Source: an uncultured Poribacteria bacterium (lineage in GTDB: Bacteria; Poribacteria; WGA-4E; WGA-3G). From it: a stretch of DNA of 64,000 bases. The stretch is from NCBI GenBank assembly GCA_951813565.1, contig OX638351.1, positions 4,448,001 through 4,512,000 on the forward strand. The letters run 5' to 3'. Below, piece by piece: positions 9,089-18,791 of the stretch. The position numbers were made by a program, and so were the translations under genes. Position 1 is the stretch's first letter. Each line of letters opens with the position of its first letter. The notes under the pieces were generated by a model. It did not search any database, was not told the DNA's origin, and was given only the letters and a program-made list of their open reading frames with translations.

Positions 9089-9859
9089 ATGACTAAACTT
9101 GAGGTCAAGAATTTAACGCATACCTTCATTCAGAAGAACGTGCCACTACCGGTGCTAGACAAGTTAAACTTTTCAGTCGATACAGGGCAATTTGTTGCTT
9201 TGCTCGGTCCTTCTGGGTGTGGTAAGAGTACGTTGTTCAATATCATCTCTGGACTCTTCAAGCCACAAACCGGTGAAATTTATCTCAATGGCAAACGTAT
9301 TCATGGCAATACTGGAGCGTTTGGATATATGCAACAAAAAGACCTTCTTTTACAGTGGCGAACAGTATTAAGAAACGTACTTATCGGACCAGAAATTCAG
9401 AAAGAATCGCTTGTTCAGGTAAAAAAGGAGGCACGCAAACTATTAGCACAGCTTGGTTTGCAAGGGTTTGCAAATAGTTACCCCATGCAACTTTCAGGCG
9501 GCATGCGTCAACGTGTAGCATTAGTCCGTACGCTCCTTTTTCGTAAAAATGTTCTGCTATTGGATGAACCTTTTGGCGCGTTAGACGCAATGACGCGAAC
9601 TGTGATGCAATCGATTCTGTTAGATATTTGGCACAAAGGTGGACAAACGGTATTGCTGATAACTCATGATATAGAGGAAGCACTTCTCCTTGCGGATAGG
9701 ATTTATGTCTTAACTGCAAGACCCGCATCAATAAAAGCGGAAGTAGAAGTCCCATTACCACGCCCCAGAAGCATCACTGATAAAGATTTAATAAACTTGA
9801 AAAGCGAATTATTTGAGATGATGCAAGTAGAAATGCAACAGGTGTTCAATACGAACTAA
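9089..9859 (+). CDS. ABC transporter ATP-binding protein (NitT/TauT/SsuB type)
   Basis: GPSGCGKS, LSGGMRQR, LLLDEPFGALD, ITHD. The track's N-terminal 40 aa come from the MITE, so the start is moved to 9089. Confidence 0.9.
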   Translation: MTKLEVKNLTHTFIQKNVPLPVLDKLNFSVDTGQFVALLGPSGCGKSTLFNIISGLFKPQTGEIYLNGKRIHGNTGAFGYMQQKDLLLQWRTVLRNVLIGPEIQKESLVQVKKEARKLLAQLGLQGFANSYPMQLSGGMRQRVALVRTLLFRKNVLLLDEPFGALDAMTRTVMQSILLDIWHKGGQTVLLITHDIEEALLLADRIYVLTARPASIKAEVEVPLPRPRSITDKDLINLKSELFEMMQVEMQQVFNTN

Positions 9860-9941
9860 CATCATCTACATTCCCTTTTCATGTGGGATGGCTTTGTCCG
9901 TCCAATTGCTCTACTTTTTCACATTTGAAAGGAGACGACTT

Positions 9942-11042
9942 TTGAAACAGAAGTTATATTCTATAGCAATAATTCTTGTATATTTATTTGTCATTTCTAT
10001 GGTTGGATGTGGGGAAGACGATTCCGTCGAATTCCAATCTGTGAATCCAGCTGATGGAAGTACTATTCCTACAGACGCAACTATCACTGTTAATTTTAGC
10101 GGTACACCTCAAAATCTTTCGGTTTCCAAAGGAGAAGTAGTTACTTCTGATAATACCGCCACTATCTCAGGTCCGTTTCCATTAGGAATGCTTGAAATAG
10201 AACTCACTTGGGAAGGTGGAAATCGGAGACTCACTTATACCGTAGATGACCAAGTAGGCGAACCCGTAGTCCCTGAAGGGATGGTTCTAATTCCTGAAGG
10301 AGAATTTCAGTTAGGCAGTGTTAGCGGAGAAGAAGGGAACGTAGAACAATCTGGACATACGGTCTACCTTGATGCATTCTATATGGACAAGTATGAGGTA
10401 ACAAATGCTGAATACAAAAAGTTTGTTGATGCTAACTCGGAATGGCAAAAGGATCGTATTGATAGCAAATTCCATGATGGAAATTACCTTGCAAATTGGG
10501 ATGGAAATACATATCCAAGTGATAAAGCAGATCACCCTGTTGTTTCGGTGAGTTGGTATGGTGCGGCTGCCTATGCAAAATGGGTAGAAAAACGGCTTCC
10601 GACTGAGGCGGAATGGGAAAAAGCTGCACGCGGTGGTGTTGAAGGACAAAAGTATCCATGGGGAAATTCAATTGATGATAGTAAGGCAAACTACAGTCTG
10701 AATGTTGGACATACCGGAAACACGAAGCCTGTAGGTGATTACCCCTCTAACGGATATGATTTATATGATATAGTGGGAAACGTGTTAGAATGGTGTCTTG
10801 ATGCGTATGACAAAGATTTTCATGAAAATCCACCAGATAACAATCCGATTGCTGGCGGCGATAGTATTGCGGAGGTAGTAGATAATTTTGAGAATATTAA
10901 ATCTTCACGCTCAATACGGGGTGGTTCATGGGTCGAGAGCGGGCAACCTCGCGTGTGGATCACTTACCGCCGCGGTAATGAACCCGCGCGGACAAGTCGT
11001 TTGATCGGTTTTCGCTGTGTCAAGCCGGTAACACTTGAGTAG
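9942..11042 (+). CDS. Lipoprotein with Ig-like domain and FGE-sulfatase (SUMF1) domain
   Basis: AAGGAG SD with TTG start, lipobox MVGC, YEVTN.EY, RLPTEAEWEKAARGG, RGGSW, GFRC. Confidence 0.85.
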   Translation: MKQKLYSIAIILVYLFVISMVGCGEDDSVEFQSVNPADGSTIPTDATITVNFSGTPQNLSVSKGEVVTSDNTATISGPFPLGMLEIELTWEGGNRRLTYTVDDQVGEPVVPEGMVLIPEGEFQLGSVSGEEGNVEQSGHTVYLDAFYMDKYEVTNAEYKKFVDANSEWQKDRIDSKFHDGNYLANWDGNTYPSDKADHPVVSVSWYGAAAYAKWVEKRLPTEAEWEKAARGGVEGQKYPWGNSIDDSKANYSLNVGHTGNTKPVGDYPSNGYDLYDIVGNVLEWCLDAYDKDFHENPPDNNPIAGGDSIAEVVDNFENIKSSRSIRGGSWVESGQPRVWITYRRGNEPARTSRLIGFRCVKPVTLE

Positions 11043-11062
11043 GTCAGATTGAATACGGATAC

Positions 11063-11953
11063 CTATTCTGCATCAGAATCTTTAATCAATTCAGGCCAAA
11101 AAGAACGTGATTGTCGGTTCATGTTGTCTAACATCTCATAACTTCCCTTCTTACAAAATTCATAGAGTGCTTTTGTAAGCGGTATCTCAAATCCTGATGC
11201 TTCTGCCTCAGCCAGAAAATAGGGTAATTCAGGATATTTAACAATGAGCCTTTTTCCTGCGCCATCTATAATACGTTTGGCAATTTTGTCAAACTCACCG
11301 CGCCAACCATCTCCCACGCCAACAGCATTCCGAATTGCCATCGGCTCCACACCTGCACAGACTCCAAACGCCATGGCTTCCATGTAAGCTGCAGCACCCA
11401 GTCCCATCGCTAATTGATTCACGCCTTTGACGATCTGTCCAGATCCGCTCGGACCACAATATACTACAAATTCTGGTTCACCGAGAACTTCTAAAATCGG
11501 ACAACATTTTTCAACAACCGCTGCATCTCCACCGACAAAAATACGAAGTGTTCCCGTTTCGGAACCTTGGGGCCCGCCGCTTACCGGCGCGTCTATCAAT
11601 GTGGAACCGCTTTTTGATAAAGCTTTTGCTAATTCGCGAGTTCTACCTACTTCAGAAGTGCCTAAGTCTATGAAAATCTGACCATCTTCGGCATTCGGCA
11701 GGAAATACTGCTCAGCTACCTTGAAAAACACATCTGAAGAACGCAAACTGGTGATAACAACATCGCATTCTCTAACGACTTGGGTGGTATCAAGCGTCGT
11801 TTTCGCGCCTATTGCAATCAGTGCTGTACATTTTGCTTCATCAATATCGTTCCCAATGAGTGGATATCCTGCGTAATGGAGGTTTTTAGCCATCCGACTC
11901 CCCATGTTTCCTAATCCAATAAAACCGATAGTTGGGTGTTGTTGTGATTTCAT
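11063..11953 (-). CDS. 3-hydroxyisobutyrate/6-phosphogluconate dehydrogenase family NAD(P)-dependent oxidoreductase
   Basis: IGFIGLGNMG, DAPVSGG, GSGQIVKGVNQ. Confidence 0.9.
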   Translation of the reverse strand: MKSQQHPTIGFIGLGNMGSRMAKNLHYAGYPLIGNDIDEAKCTALIAIGAKTTLDTTQVVRECDVVITSLRSSDVFFKVAEQYFLPNAEDGQIFIDLGTSEVGRTRELAKALSKSGSTLIDAPVSGGPQGSETGTLRIFVGGDAAVVEKCCPILEVLGEPEFVVYCGPSGSGQIVKGVNQLAMGLGAAAYMEAMAFGVCAGVEPMAIRNAVGVGDGWRGEFDKIAKRIIDGAGKRLIVKYPELPYFLAEAEASGFEIPLTKALYEFCKKGSYEMLDNMNRQSRSFWPELIKDSDAE

Positions 11954-12295
11954 AGTATCCTCTTCTGATTCATTCTAAAAAAGTTGTGTTATATACAATC
12001 TGGAGGGTTGTTTTCAAACAAAGAATGCAAGGCAGATTATAGCACCTTAGACAGTGTATAGCAAGAAATTCTGGGTTCACGAAAAACCGTCAACTGCTTC
12101 TATAAGTACTTTTTTCTTGAGTTTTTTATCGTGTGTGCTATACTGCAGAAAATCAGTTTTAAGACAATTTGCATGCGTGAACTTATCCACGTTTCTGCTA
12201 ATCAGTAAGCGTGCTTTGTAAGCATGCTATCAGTAATGTTCAATAATTCAAGCTTACTGTGAATTTGAAAACCCAATAAATGAAAGGCATTAATT

Positions 12296-13276
12296 ATGAT
12301 AGAATGTGCACTAATCAGTGGTAGAGGGATGGGTATGATGCACGGTGGGAATTTCCACAACCATCCAGATGCTAAAGTTGTCGCTGTATGCGAAATGGAC
12401 CCCGATCTTCTTGAAAAAGCGAAAGAACACTTCGGTGTTCCAGGGTATTTATCTATTCAAGAGTTGTTGGCAAACTGTGATCCCGATCTCGTACTCCTAA
12501 TTGTCAATGAAACACGCCGTATCCCGCCATTACGCGAATTGATTGCTGGTGGACAGAATGTGTTCACTGAAAAACCTTTATGTGGACTACAGGGTCAGGC
12601 TACAGTTCGAGAAGCAGACCTTGCCATCGCAGCACATGCTATTTCTGCGTGGCGCGACTCCAACCTCAAATTTGGTATCGACTTCAACTACCGTTTTATG
12701 GAACATTTCAGAAAACTTCACGAAGATGTTGTGGAAGGCAGGTTGGGGGAAATTAAGATGCTCCATGCCCGCGCACACTTCAACTGTTGGTCACACATTA
12801 TAGACCAGATTCTTTGGAGTATGGGTACACCTGAGTGGGTGAGTGTTGTTGGCGATCCAAATGAAGGTGGTGGTTGGAAACGTCTAATTCATATCGGTTG
12901 GGAAAATGGAGTCGTCGGTTCACTTGCCGGTACAAACTTGTGGGGATATGATGACCATCCGCTCCGAGTCAAAATACTTGGTGATAAATCTTACGCGGAA
13001 GCGCGTGGTTTGGACGGATCATACCTACGCCGTAAAGCGAATAATTCAGAAATAGAGGAAAAATGGGAAAACGAACCCGGTAAGCCGGAAATGCCTGAGT
13101 CCTTCAAGAGAATGGCTGACGGCGTAATTAAATCGATGCACGCCGACCAACCGTTTCCCGCAGATGGAGAAGCAGCATGGGCAGAACTTCTGTTTGAAGC
13201 AGCAGTCCATCGCTCCGCTTTGCAGAATGGGGCTCGTGTATATCTTGCAGATGTTGACAAAGCCGCATTTGTATAA
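12296..13276 (+). CDS. Gfo/Idh/MocA oxidoreductase
   Basis: VVAVCE, VFTEKPL, FNYRF. Confidence 0.8.
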   Translation: MIECALISGRGMGMMHGGNFHNHPDAKVVAVCEMDPDLLEKAKEHFGVPGYLSIQELLANCDPDLVLLIVNETRRIPPLRELIAGGQNVFTEKPLCGLQGQATVREADLAIAAHAISAWRDSNLKFGIDFNYRFMEHFRKLHEDVVEGRLGEIKMLHARAHFNCWSHIIDQILWSMGTPEWVSVVGDPNEGGGWKRLIHIGWENGVVGSLAGTNLWGYDDHPLRVKILGDKSYAEARGLDGSYLRRKANNSEIEEKWENEPGKPEMPESFKRMADGVIKSMHADQPFPADGEAAWAELLFEAAVHRSALQNGARVYLADVDKAAFV

Positions 13277-13308
13277 AGGTTTCTGGTAGGTTTGGTTTCT
13301 AATCACAC

Positions 13309-13880
13309 CATAGATGTCATTTAGTGTAATATCTCTCTTGTGGGAGGGTTTTGTCCGCCCGATTTTGTGAGACTCAAACTGTAAAATCCAAATCAACGCT
13401 GAATACGCCAAATCAAGAAATCAACGGTATGAATCATGGCGAATGCCATGCGCGCATTCGTCTTTAGTCATTCACCGGGTATGAATGCCTATTGGCATTC
13501 CCCGTATGGTATTCATCCAAATCAACGCAGCATGCGCCAAATCAACGGTATGAATGCCATTTGGCATTCCCCGTATGGCATGCTGCGAGGTTGAAAACCC
13601 GACAAATGCCAAAAAGCGCATTTGGCGTTGATTCACTCCCACAAGAAGGTGTATCCTAAAGTTTACACCTATGGGTAGAGCGAAGCGAAACCCAACAATT
13701 CAACCGTCTTGAGAGTCCTAAAGAGTTGGGTTTCACTTATTTTTTCGGAAATATCGACCTAAAATAGGTCAACAACTTCTCTTTAGGGCCTGTTTTTATT
13801 GTCCATTTCCGTTCTACCCCACCGAATGCCATAGGCGCATTCGGTGTTGATTCCCTACGGGATTTATCAAACTCACGTTG
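13309..13880. repeat. Cluster of REP-like palindromes with four-level nested micro-elements
   Basis: Repeated (C)CAAATCAAC starts, GAATGCC/GGCATTC hairpins, GTGGGAG...CTCCCAC REP halves. Confidence 0.8.
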
Positions 13881-13983
13881 GTTTTAAGATAAGACATATT
13901 AGCATAAAAAGAAACCTCATGAGCTTTGTAGCGCATGAGGAAAACAATATCGAAACAAAATTGAAATGAGAACTTTATTGTAA

Positions 13984-14008
13984 GTGGAGGTATAAAAATA
14001 CCTCCATA
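13984..14008 (-). terminator. Hairpin after the HMA genes, probable terminator
   Basis: GGAGGTAT-AAAA-ATACCTCC just downstream of the stop at 14021. Confidence 0.5.
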
Positions 14009-14020
14009 TTCAAACCAAAA

Positions 14021-14419
14021 TTATTCAATAACTTGTGCAGTAAAGCGGGGATCCGCTTGAACTGCTTGAACCAGAGCTTCAGTATTAACTTTGTCCTTCT
14101 GTACCTTCACAACTGCTTTATTATCGGCTTGAGAAACACTGACAACCTCTGTGACACCTGTAACCTTGGCGAGTGCAGACTGCACTGCGGCGACACAGTT
14201 GCCTCACGTCATACCATTAACTGTCAAACTGATTTCTTCAACAGCAACAGCAACCTTAGCTTCTTCCGTCTGTTCAGTTGCCTCAGTTTCTTGTGCTTGT
14301 TCAGTTGTTTCAGTTTCTTGCGTCTGTTCCGCTGCTTCTTCTGCTGTGTCTTTTTGCTGGTTAGCACATCCGAAGACAACTACCAGCATAACTATGCAGA
14401 TTAATGCTTTTTTTAACAT
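14021..14419 (-). CDS. Selenocysteine-containing HMA-domain (CopZ/MerP-like) lipoprotein, 132 aa
   Basis: Lipobox VFGC. In-frame TGA at 14204-14206 within GMT-U-GNC. Reading continues VAAVQSALAKVTGVTEVVSVSQADNKAVVKVQKDKVNTEALVQAVQADPRFTAQVIE*. SECIS-like hairpin at 14172-14186. Confidence 0.88.
14172..14186 (-). promoter_or_regulatory. Putative bacterial SECIS hairpin
   Basis: AGUGCA-GUC-UGCACU, loop G 24 nt after the UGA. Confidence 0.75.
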
Positions 14420-14590
14420 TTGATTGATTCCCCTTAATAAGTAGATTTTGCACAATCATCAATAAAATTCCCACGTCTTGTGGGTTATCTTTTCACTGTT
14501 TACCAAATTTATATTGCAAGTTGGGTAAAACCACAAAACATATCAGACGAAGGGATGAAGGGCGAAGGAAACCTCGCCCTTGTCCAATCG

Positions 14591-14974
14591 TTAGTTAGCG
14601 ACTGTTGCCGTAAAGCGTGGATCTGCTTCAACAGCTTTTATCAGAGCAGCGTTTGTAACTTTGCCCTTTTCAACTTTAACGATAGCCTTCTTGGTGGATC
14701 TTTCAACACTGACAACCTCTTTAACACCCGTGACCTTGCTGAGTGCATCCTGCACTGCGGCGGGACACGAACCTCATGTCATGCCCTCCACCTGAAGTGT
14801 CACTTCCTGATAGGCAGCCGGAGTTGGAACCTTTAATGCATCCGCATCCATCGGTTTTTCTTCCGCAGCCATTGTGGTTTCTTCAGCCATTTCAGCTTGT
14901 TGACCGACCATACCACAACCCATCAGAAATACAAAGGTAACGAGAGAAATCAGCGTAAATCTCGCTATATACAT
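14591..14974 (-). CDS. Selenocysteine-containing HMA-domain lipoprotein (paralog), 127 aa
   Basis: GGAGG SD, lipobox LMGC. In-frame TGA at 14774-14776 in GMT-U-GSC. Continues PAAVQDALSKVTGVKEVVSVERSTKKAIVKVEKGKVTNAALIKAVEADPRFTATVAN*. Confidence 0.88.
14742..14756 (-). promoter_or_regulatory. Putative bacterial SECIS hairpin
   Basis: AGUGCA-GGA-UGCACU: same stem and spacing as in the paralog, different loop. Confidence 0.75.
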
Positions 14975-15005
14975 CGTTTTACCTCCTTTGTTATTTACAT
15001 AAACC

Positions 15006-15035
15006 ATAATATCATATTTTTAATATTTGTGTCAA
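15006..15035 (-). promoter_or_regulatory. sigma70-like promoter of the HMA genes
   Basis: TTGACA-18 nt-TATTAT on the minus strand. Confidence 0.5.
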
Positions 15036-15100
15036 GCCTTTTTTCAGCAAATATGTGATTTGTCTAACCATCTACACAAGACTATTATCTTAATTGGACT

Positions 15101-15850
15101 TTATTGCGGCTTTTCTCTGTGGGCATCAAGAAATGGAAATACCTTTTGAATACGTTGAAGCTGCTTGTGAATAGCTGCTGCCCGTTCAAATTGAAGCATC
15201 GCAGATGCACTATTCCGCTTTGCTACGAGATTTGCTTGTACTTTTTCATATTCCCCGTCAAGCAAATTAACGATATTCATTATCATTTCTCTATAGAGTT
15301 CACGCGTAATGAGTGCAGCACAAGGCGCATAACAACGTTTCATGTCGTATTGTAGGCAAGCACGGTAACCGACAAGGGGTGTAATAATTTCTTGGCAAGT
15401 GCGAACCATAAAAATTCGCTGTAAAACATCAATCGCCTCATCGGTCCATCTACGACTTGATAAAGGACCGAAATATCTCGCGTTATCTGCTTGAGGTTCT
15501 GGAACTCTTTCAAGTCGTGGAAAATCTTCATCTACATTGATACGAATATACCATGTTTGAGTGCCATATTTCAGGGCAGAATTATAGGACGGCTGATGTT
15601 GTTTGATTAAACGTGATTCCAAGAAGAGTGCTTCTTGTTCAGATTGGCAAATATGATATCGAACAGAAGTTGTCCATCTAATAAGACGTTTGATTTTAGA
15701 ACGGCGATTTTTAACCTTATGAATGTATGAACGTACACGCTTGCGCAAACATTTCGCCTTACCGATGTACAAGATTTTACCAGAGGCACCGTGAAAAAAG
15801 TAGACACCCGGTTCTGACGGAACGTTTTCTACCATTTCTTTCGTTAACAT
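15101..15850 (-). CDS. GIY-YIG nuclease, UvrC N-terminal/Cho-like, with UVR domain
   Basis: PGVY...LYIGKAK.LR.RVRSY, E..LIK...P.YN, Cys cluster, C-terminal AS..LQFERAA. Lacks the UvrC RNaseH/HhH half. Confidence 0.85.
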   Translation of the reverse strand: MLTKEMVENVPSEPGVYFFHGASGKILYIGKAKCLRKRVRSYIHKVKNRRSKIKRLIRWTTSVRYHICQSEQEALFLESRLIKQHQPSYNSALKYGTQTWYIRINVDEDFPRLERVPEPQADNARYFGPLSSRRWTDEAIDVLQRIFMVRTCQEIITPLVGYRACLQYDMKRCYAPCAALITRELYREMIMNIVNLLDGEYEKVQANLVAKRNSASAMLQFERAAAIHKQLQRIQKVFPFLDAHREKPQ

Positions 15851-16209
15851 TTTTTTCCTAACTGTGTTTACGAATGTTTGAATAAATCGTATACTTGATT
15901 AAACATGGTGGGGTGGAAACCTGAAGATGTGAATCTTCTAAAGACAACTTGACACTGTATTTAGTTTCTGCTAAATTACTTTTCAAGAACTATAAAGTTA
16001 ATAGAAGAATTTTTTGTTAATACAGATTTTTGTATTGTCAACTCCAAAAATTCCTTACAACGCCTTTAGCAGCATAGTTTCCTTACGATTCCATAATACA
16101 CCTTTTAATAATGACTACGTTTATAAATTAGAAGTGGTTACAAATTTTCTACATTTTTTGTAAAAAATCCTAATTTTTTTTGTTTTTAACAAATTTTCTG
16201 TATAATTTA

Positions 16210-16590
16210 CTATACTTTGGACAATTTTAGTTGTTTTCGTGAGGTTGGGTTAGACAGAAACATCTTAGAAATAGATATAGTTTTCATATTATGCACCTGT
16301 CGCCCCGCTGGGGCTGAAGCGGGTTGTTTACCGCGTTTCTATACACCTGTCGCTCCACTGGGGCTGCCCAAAAGGTATTTTTGGACGAGTTCTTTCAGCC
16401 AGCAAAATCGCAGAAAATATAAATACTATAAGATGACACCTTAGCCCCAGCGGGGCGATAGGTGTATAGAAGAAGGTAATTGCCGCTGTCTAAAGCCCCC
16501 GCGGGGCGACAGGTGTCCAATATTTTGCTTTGGACACCTAACAGTTTCTCAGCAAGTCCTCGAACAGTATGTAAATTGTCCAAACTATAG
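16210..16590. mobile_element. 381-bp MITE, copy 1 (9-bp TSD)
   Basis: IRs CTATACTTTGGACAATTT/AAATTGTCCAAACTATAG, TSD TATAATTTA, four internal GCCCCAGCGGGGCG palindromes. Confidence 0.9.
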
Positions 16591-16619
16591 TATAATTTAG
16601 ACAGAAAGGATAACATTCA

Positions 16620-17474
16620 ATGATGCAATGGAAGCCTACCGCTGAACAGAAAACACAATATGAAACTGAAGGTTATTTTATCCTACGTAACGTTATTACA
16701 GCGGACCTTGCTGCAGAGATGCGTGGTGTAATTCGTAATGTAATTATGTCACCAGAACCTGGAACAAAAGCAGACATTGACCCGATGAATCCTATGGAGG
16801 ATACACCACAAGGGAGGATAGCACGTTACCGTAAATTAGCAAACTTCTGCGTTCAATCACCCCTAATCTGGCACAATGTTCACGCAGGTGAAAAATTGCT
16901 CAACATCGCACGTTATTTTCTCGGTGATGACATCATTGTGAAGTTCAATAGTTGTTTTCTGAAACCCGCTCGCACAGGGAGTGCGACACCGTGGCACCAA
17001 GATAATGGACTCTGGCGCGATGGTGAGACAGAACCATTCAACTTCTGGATGCCGCTTGAACCTGCTACACGAGAGAATGGTTGTATGCAGTTTATTCCCG
17101 GAAGCCACAAGACAGAGATTATTGAACATGTCTTGTATCCTGATAGCATCCACGGAGAATTACCGCGAGAACAGGTCAAGGAGATGGTATCAAAACACGG
17201 CGCACACCATATTGAATTAGATACTGGTGATGTTGTTTTTTGGCATAGCAATATGTGGCACTATAGTCCACCGAATCTGAGTGAGAAAAGTCGTATTGCA
17301 GTTGCTGGTGTCTGGACAAATCCTGAGATCGTCAAAACGAGCAAACGTTTTTGGCAGAACTTCCGCTGGGCAATGAAAAAAGGTGAGGTATGCACCCAAT
17401 TTCCACCAGAACCTATTGTGATGGAAAACGACAATGCAGAAAAACCGAACCCTTTTCTTTCTCTTAAGGAATAA
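16620..17474 (+). CDS. Phytanoyl-CoA dioxygenase (PhyH) family Fe/2OG dioxygenase
   Basis: TPWHQD, ENGCMQFIPGSH, GDVVFWHS..WH.S..N.S..SR. Confidence 0.9.
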   Translation: MMQWKPTAEQKTQYETEGYFILRNVITADLAAEMRGVIRNVIMSPEPGTKADIDPMNPMEDTPQGRIARYRKLANFCVQSPLIWHNVHAGEKLLNIARYFLGDDIIVKFNSCFLKPARTGSATPWHQDNGLWRDGETEPFNFWMPLEPATRENGCMQFIPGSHKTEIIEHVLYPDSIHGELPREQVKEMVSKHGAHHIELDTGDVVFWHSNMWHYSPPNLSEKSRIAVAGVWTNPEIVKTSKRFWQNFRWAMKKGEVCTQFPPEPIVMENDNAEKPNPFLSLKE

Positions 17475-17477
17475 CAG

Positions 17478-18791
17478 ATGCAAAAACCGAACATCGTTGT
17501 TTACCTATCCGATGACCATGGATGGGAATATCTCGGTTGCTACGGAAACGCACACATCCAAACTCCACACTTAGATCGTATTGCAAAGGAAGGAATGCGT
17601 TTTACGCATGCCTTCACACCAACGCCAACCTGCGCACCCTCTCGTTCTACACTTTACACAGGACTCTATCCGGCACGACACGGTGCTATGGGAAATCATA
17701 CGGAATGCCACGCAACACTTGAAACATTACCGAAAGTGCTCAGAAAACTCGGTTATCGTGTAGCGATCGCTGGAAAAACGCATGTAAAACCCGATAAACT
17801 CTTTGATTTTGAATATATCGGTGGATTTTTGCCAAAAAGTGCCGAACATGATCGGAAATACCGAAGAGAAGGGCTTGATACGGCACCAGTTGAACGTTTT
17901 CTCTTAACCCATCAGCAAGAAAATCCAGATCAACCGATCTGTCTGATTCTTGCTGATAGCAATCCGCATGTAACATGGGAGCCGAACAAAATTTATAACC
18001 CTGATGCATTACCCTTACCACCCTATATTGCAGATACGCCTATTGCACGCAAAGCACTTGCCAACTATTATCAGGACATCACGACGATGGATAAACACAT
18101 CGGTGAAGTGGAAAAAATGTTGGAAACACACGGATATGCTGACAACACACTTTTTATTTACACAACCGATCACGGTTCGGAGTGGCCGCATTGTAAATGG
18201 ACTTTATATGATACTGGCATTCGTCTGCCATTCATCGCAAAGTGGCCTGGTGAGATTCCTGCTGCGACCGTCTCCAATGCAATGATTTCGCATGTTGACC
18301 TTTTACCAACCCTTGTAGACGTAGCAGGTGGTGAACCGTCAGGTGATTTAGATGGTAGAAGTTTTAAGGATGTTTTGTGTGGACAACAAACAACTTTTCG
18401 TGATAAAATTTACGGCACGCATACGCGCGATGGAAACATGAATGTCTTCCCGCAACGGTGCGTTCGGGATAGCCAATACAAATATATTTTGAACCTAATG
18501 CCCGAAAATGTCTGGACGACCCATTTTACGCAAGTAGAAGGAATTTCAGAAAGCCATGCCGAAGTTTGGAACAGTTGGGTAGAAAAGGCGAAAAACGACC
18601 CTAAAACTGCTGAACTTGTTTATTTAACTCAGCATCATCCTATTGAGGAACTGTATGATGTAAATGTAGATCCTTACGAATTCAACAATTTAGCATTTGA
18701 AGCAGCGTCGCGCCCGATACTTGAAAGGATGCGCGGCGATGTTTGTCAATGGATGCAATTACAAAATGATGAAGGGAGACGTGAGATATGA
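17478..18791 (+). CDS. Sulfatase (Cys-type)
   Basis: PNIV...SDD, CAPSR, GKTH, TDHG. Confidence 0.92.
   Translation: MQKPNIVVYLSDDHGWEYLGCYGNAHIQTPHLDRIAKEGMRFTHAFTPTPTCAPSRSTLYTGLYPARHGAMGNHTECHATLETLPKVLRKLGYRVAIAGKTHVKPDKLFDFEYIGGFLPKSAEHDRKYRREGLDTAPVERFLLTHQQENPDQPICLILADSNPHVTWEPNKIYNPDALPLPPYIADTPIARKALANYYQDITTMDKHIGEVEKMLETHGYADNTLFIYTTDHGSEWPHCKWTLYDTGIRLPFIAKWPGEIPAATVSNAMISHVDLLPTLVDVAGGEPSGDLDGRSFKDVLCGQQTTFRDKIYGTHTRDGNMNVFPQRCVRDSQYKYILNLMPENVWTTHFTQVEGISESHAEVWNSWVEKAKNDPKTAELVYLTQHHPIEELYDVNVDPYEFNNLAFEAASRPILERMRGDVCQWMQLQNDEGRREI

Noticed and set aside
10900..11042. DGR variable region in the FGE-sulfatase C-terminus
   Set aside because: The fold is a common DGR target, but I saw no template repeat differing at adenines and no reverse transcriptase in the window.
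13389..13650. CRISPR array (recurring ~35-nt palindromic repeat)
   Set aside because: Copies are nested, in both orientations and dispersed, with no unique regular spacers and no cas genes.
14033..14940. Cys-rich plus-strand ORFs
   Set aside because: Antisense shadows of the two HMA selenoprotein genes.
15101..15850. Call as uvrC
   Set aside because: Only the N-terminal GIY-YIG/UVR half is present, ending in a normal stop, so no symbol was given.
16217..16616. Duplicated 75-aa ORF (also 19828-20055) as a real gene
   Set aside because: Lies wholly within the 381-bp MITE, TTG start, no protein-like motif.
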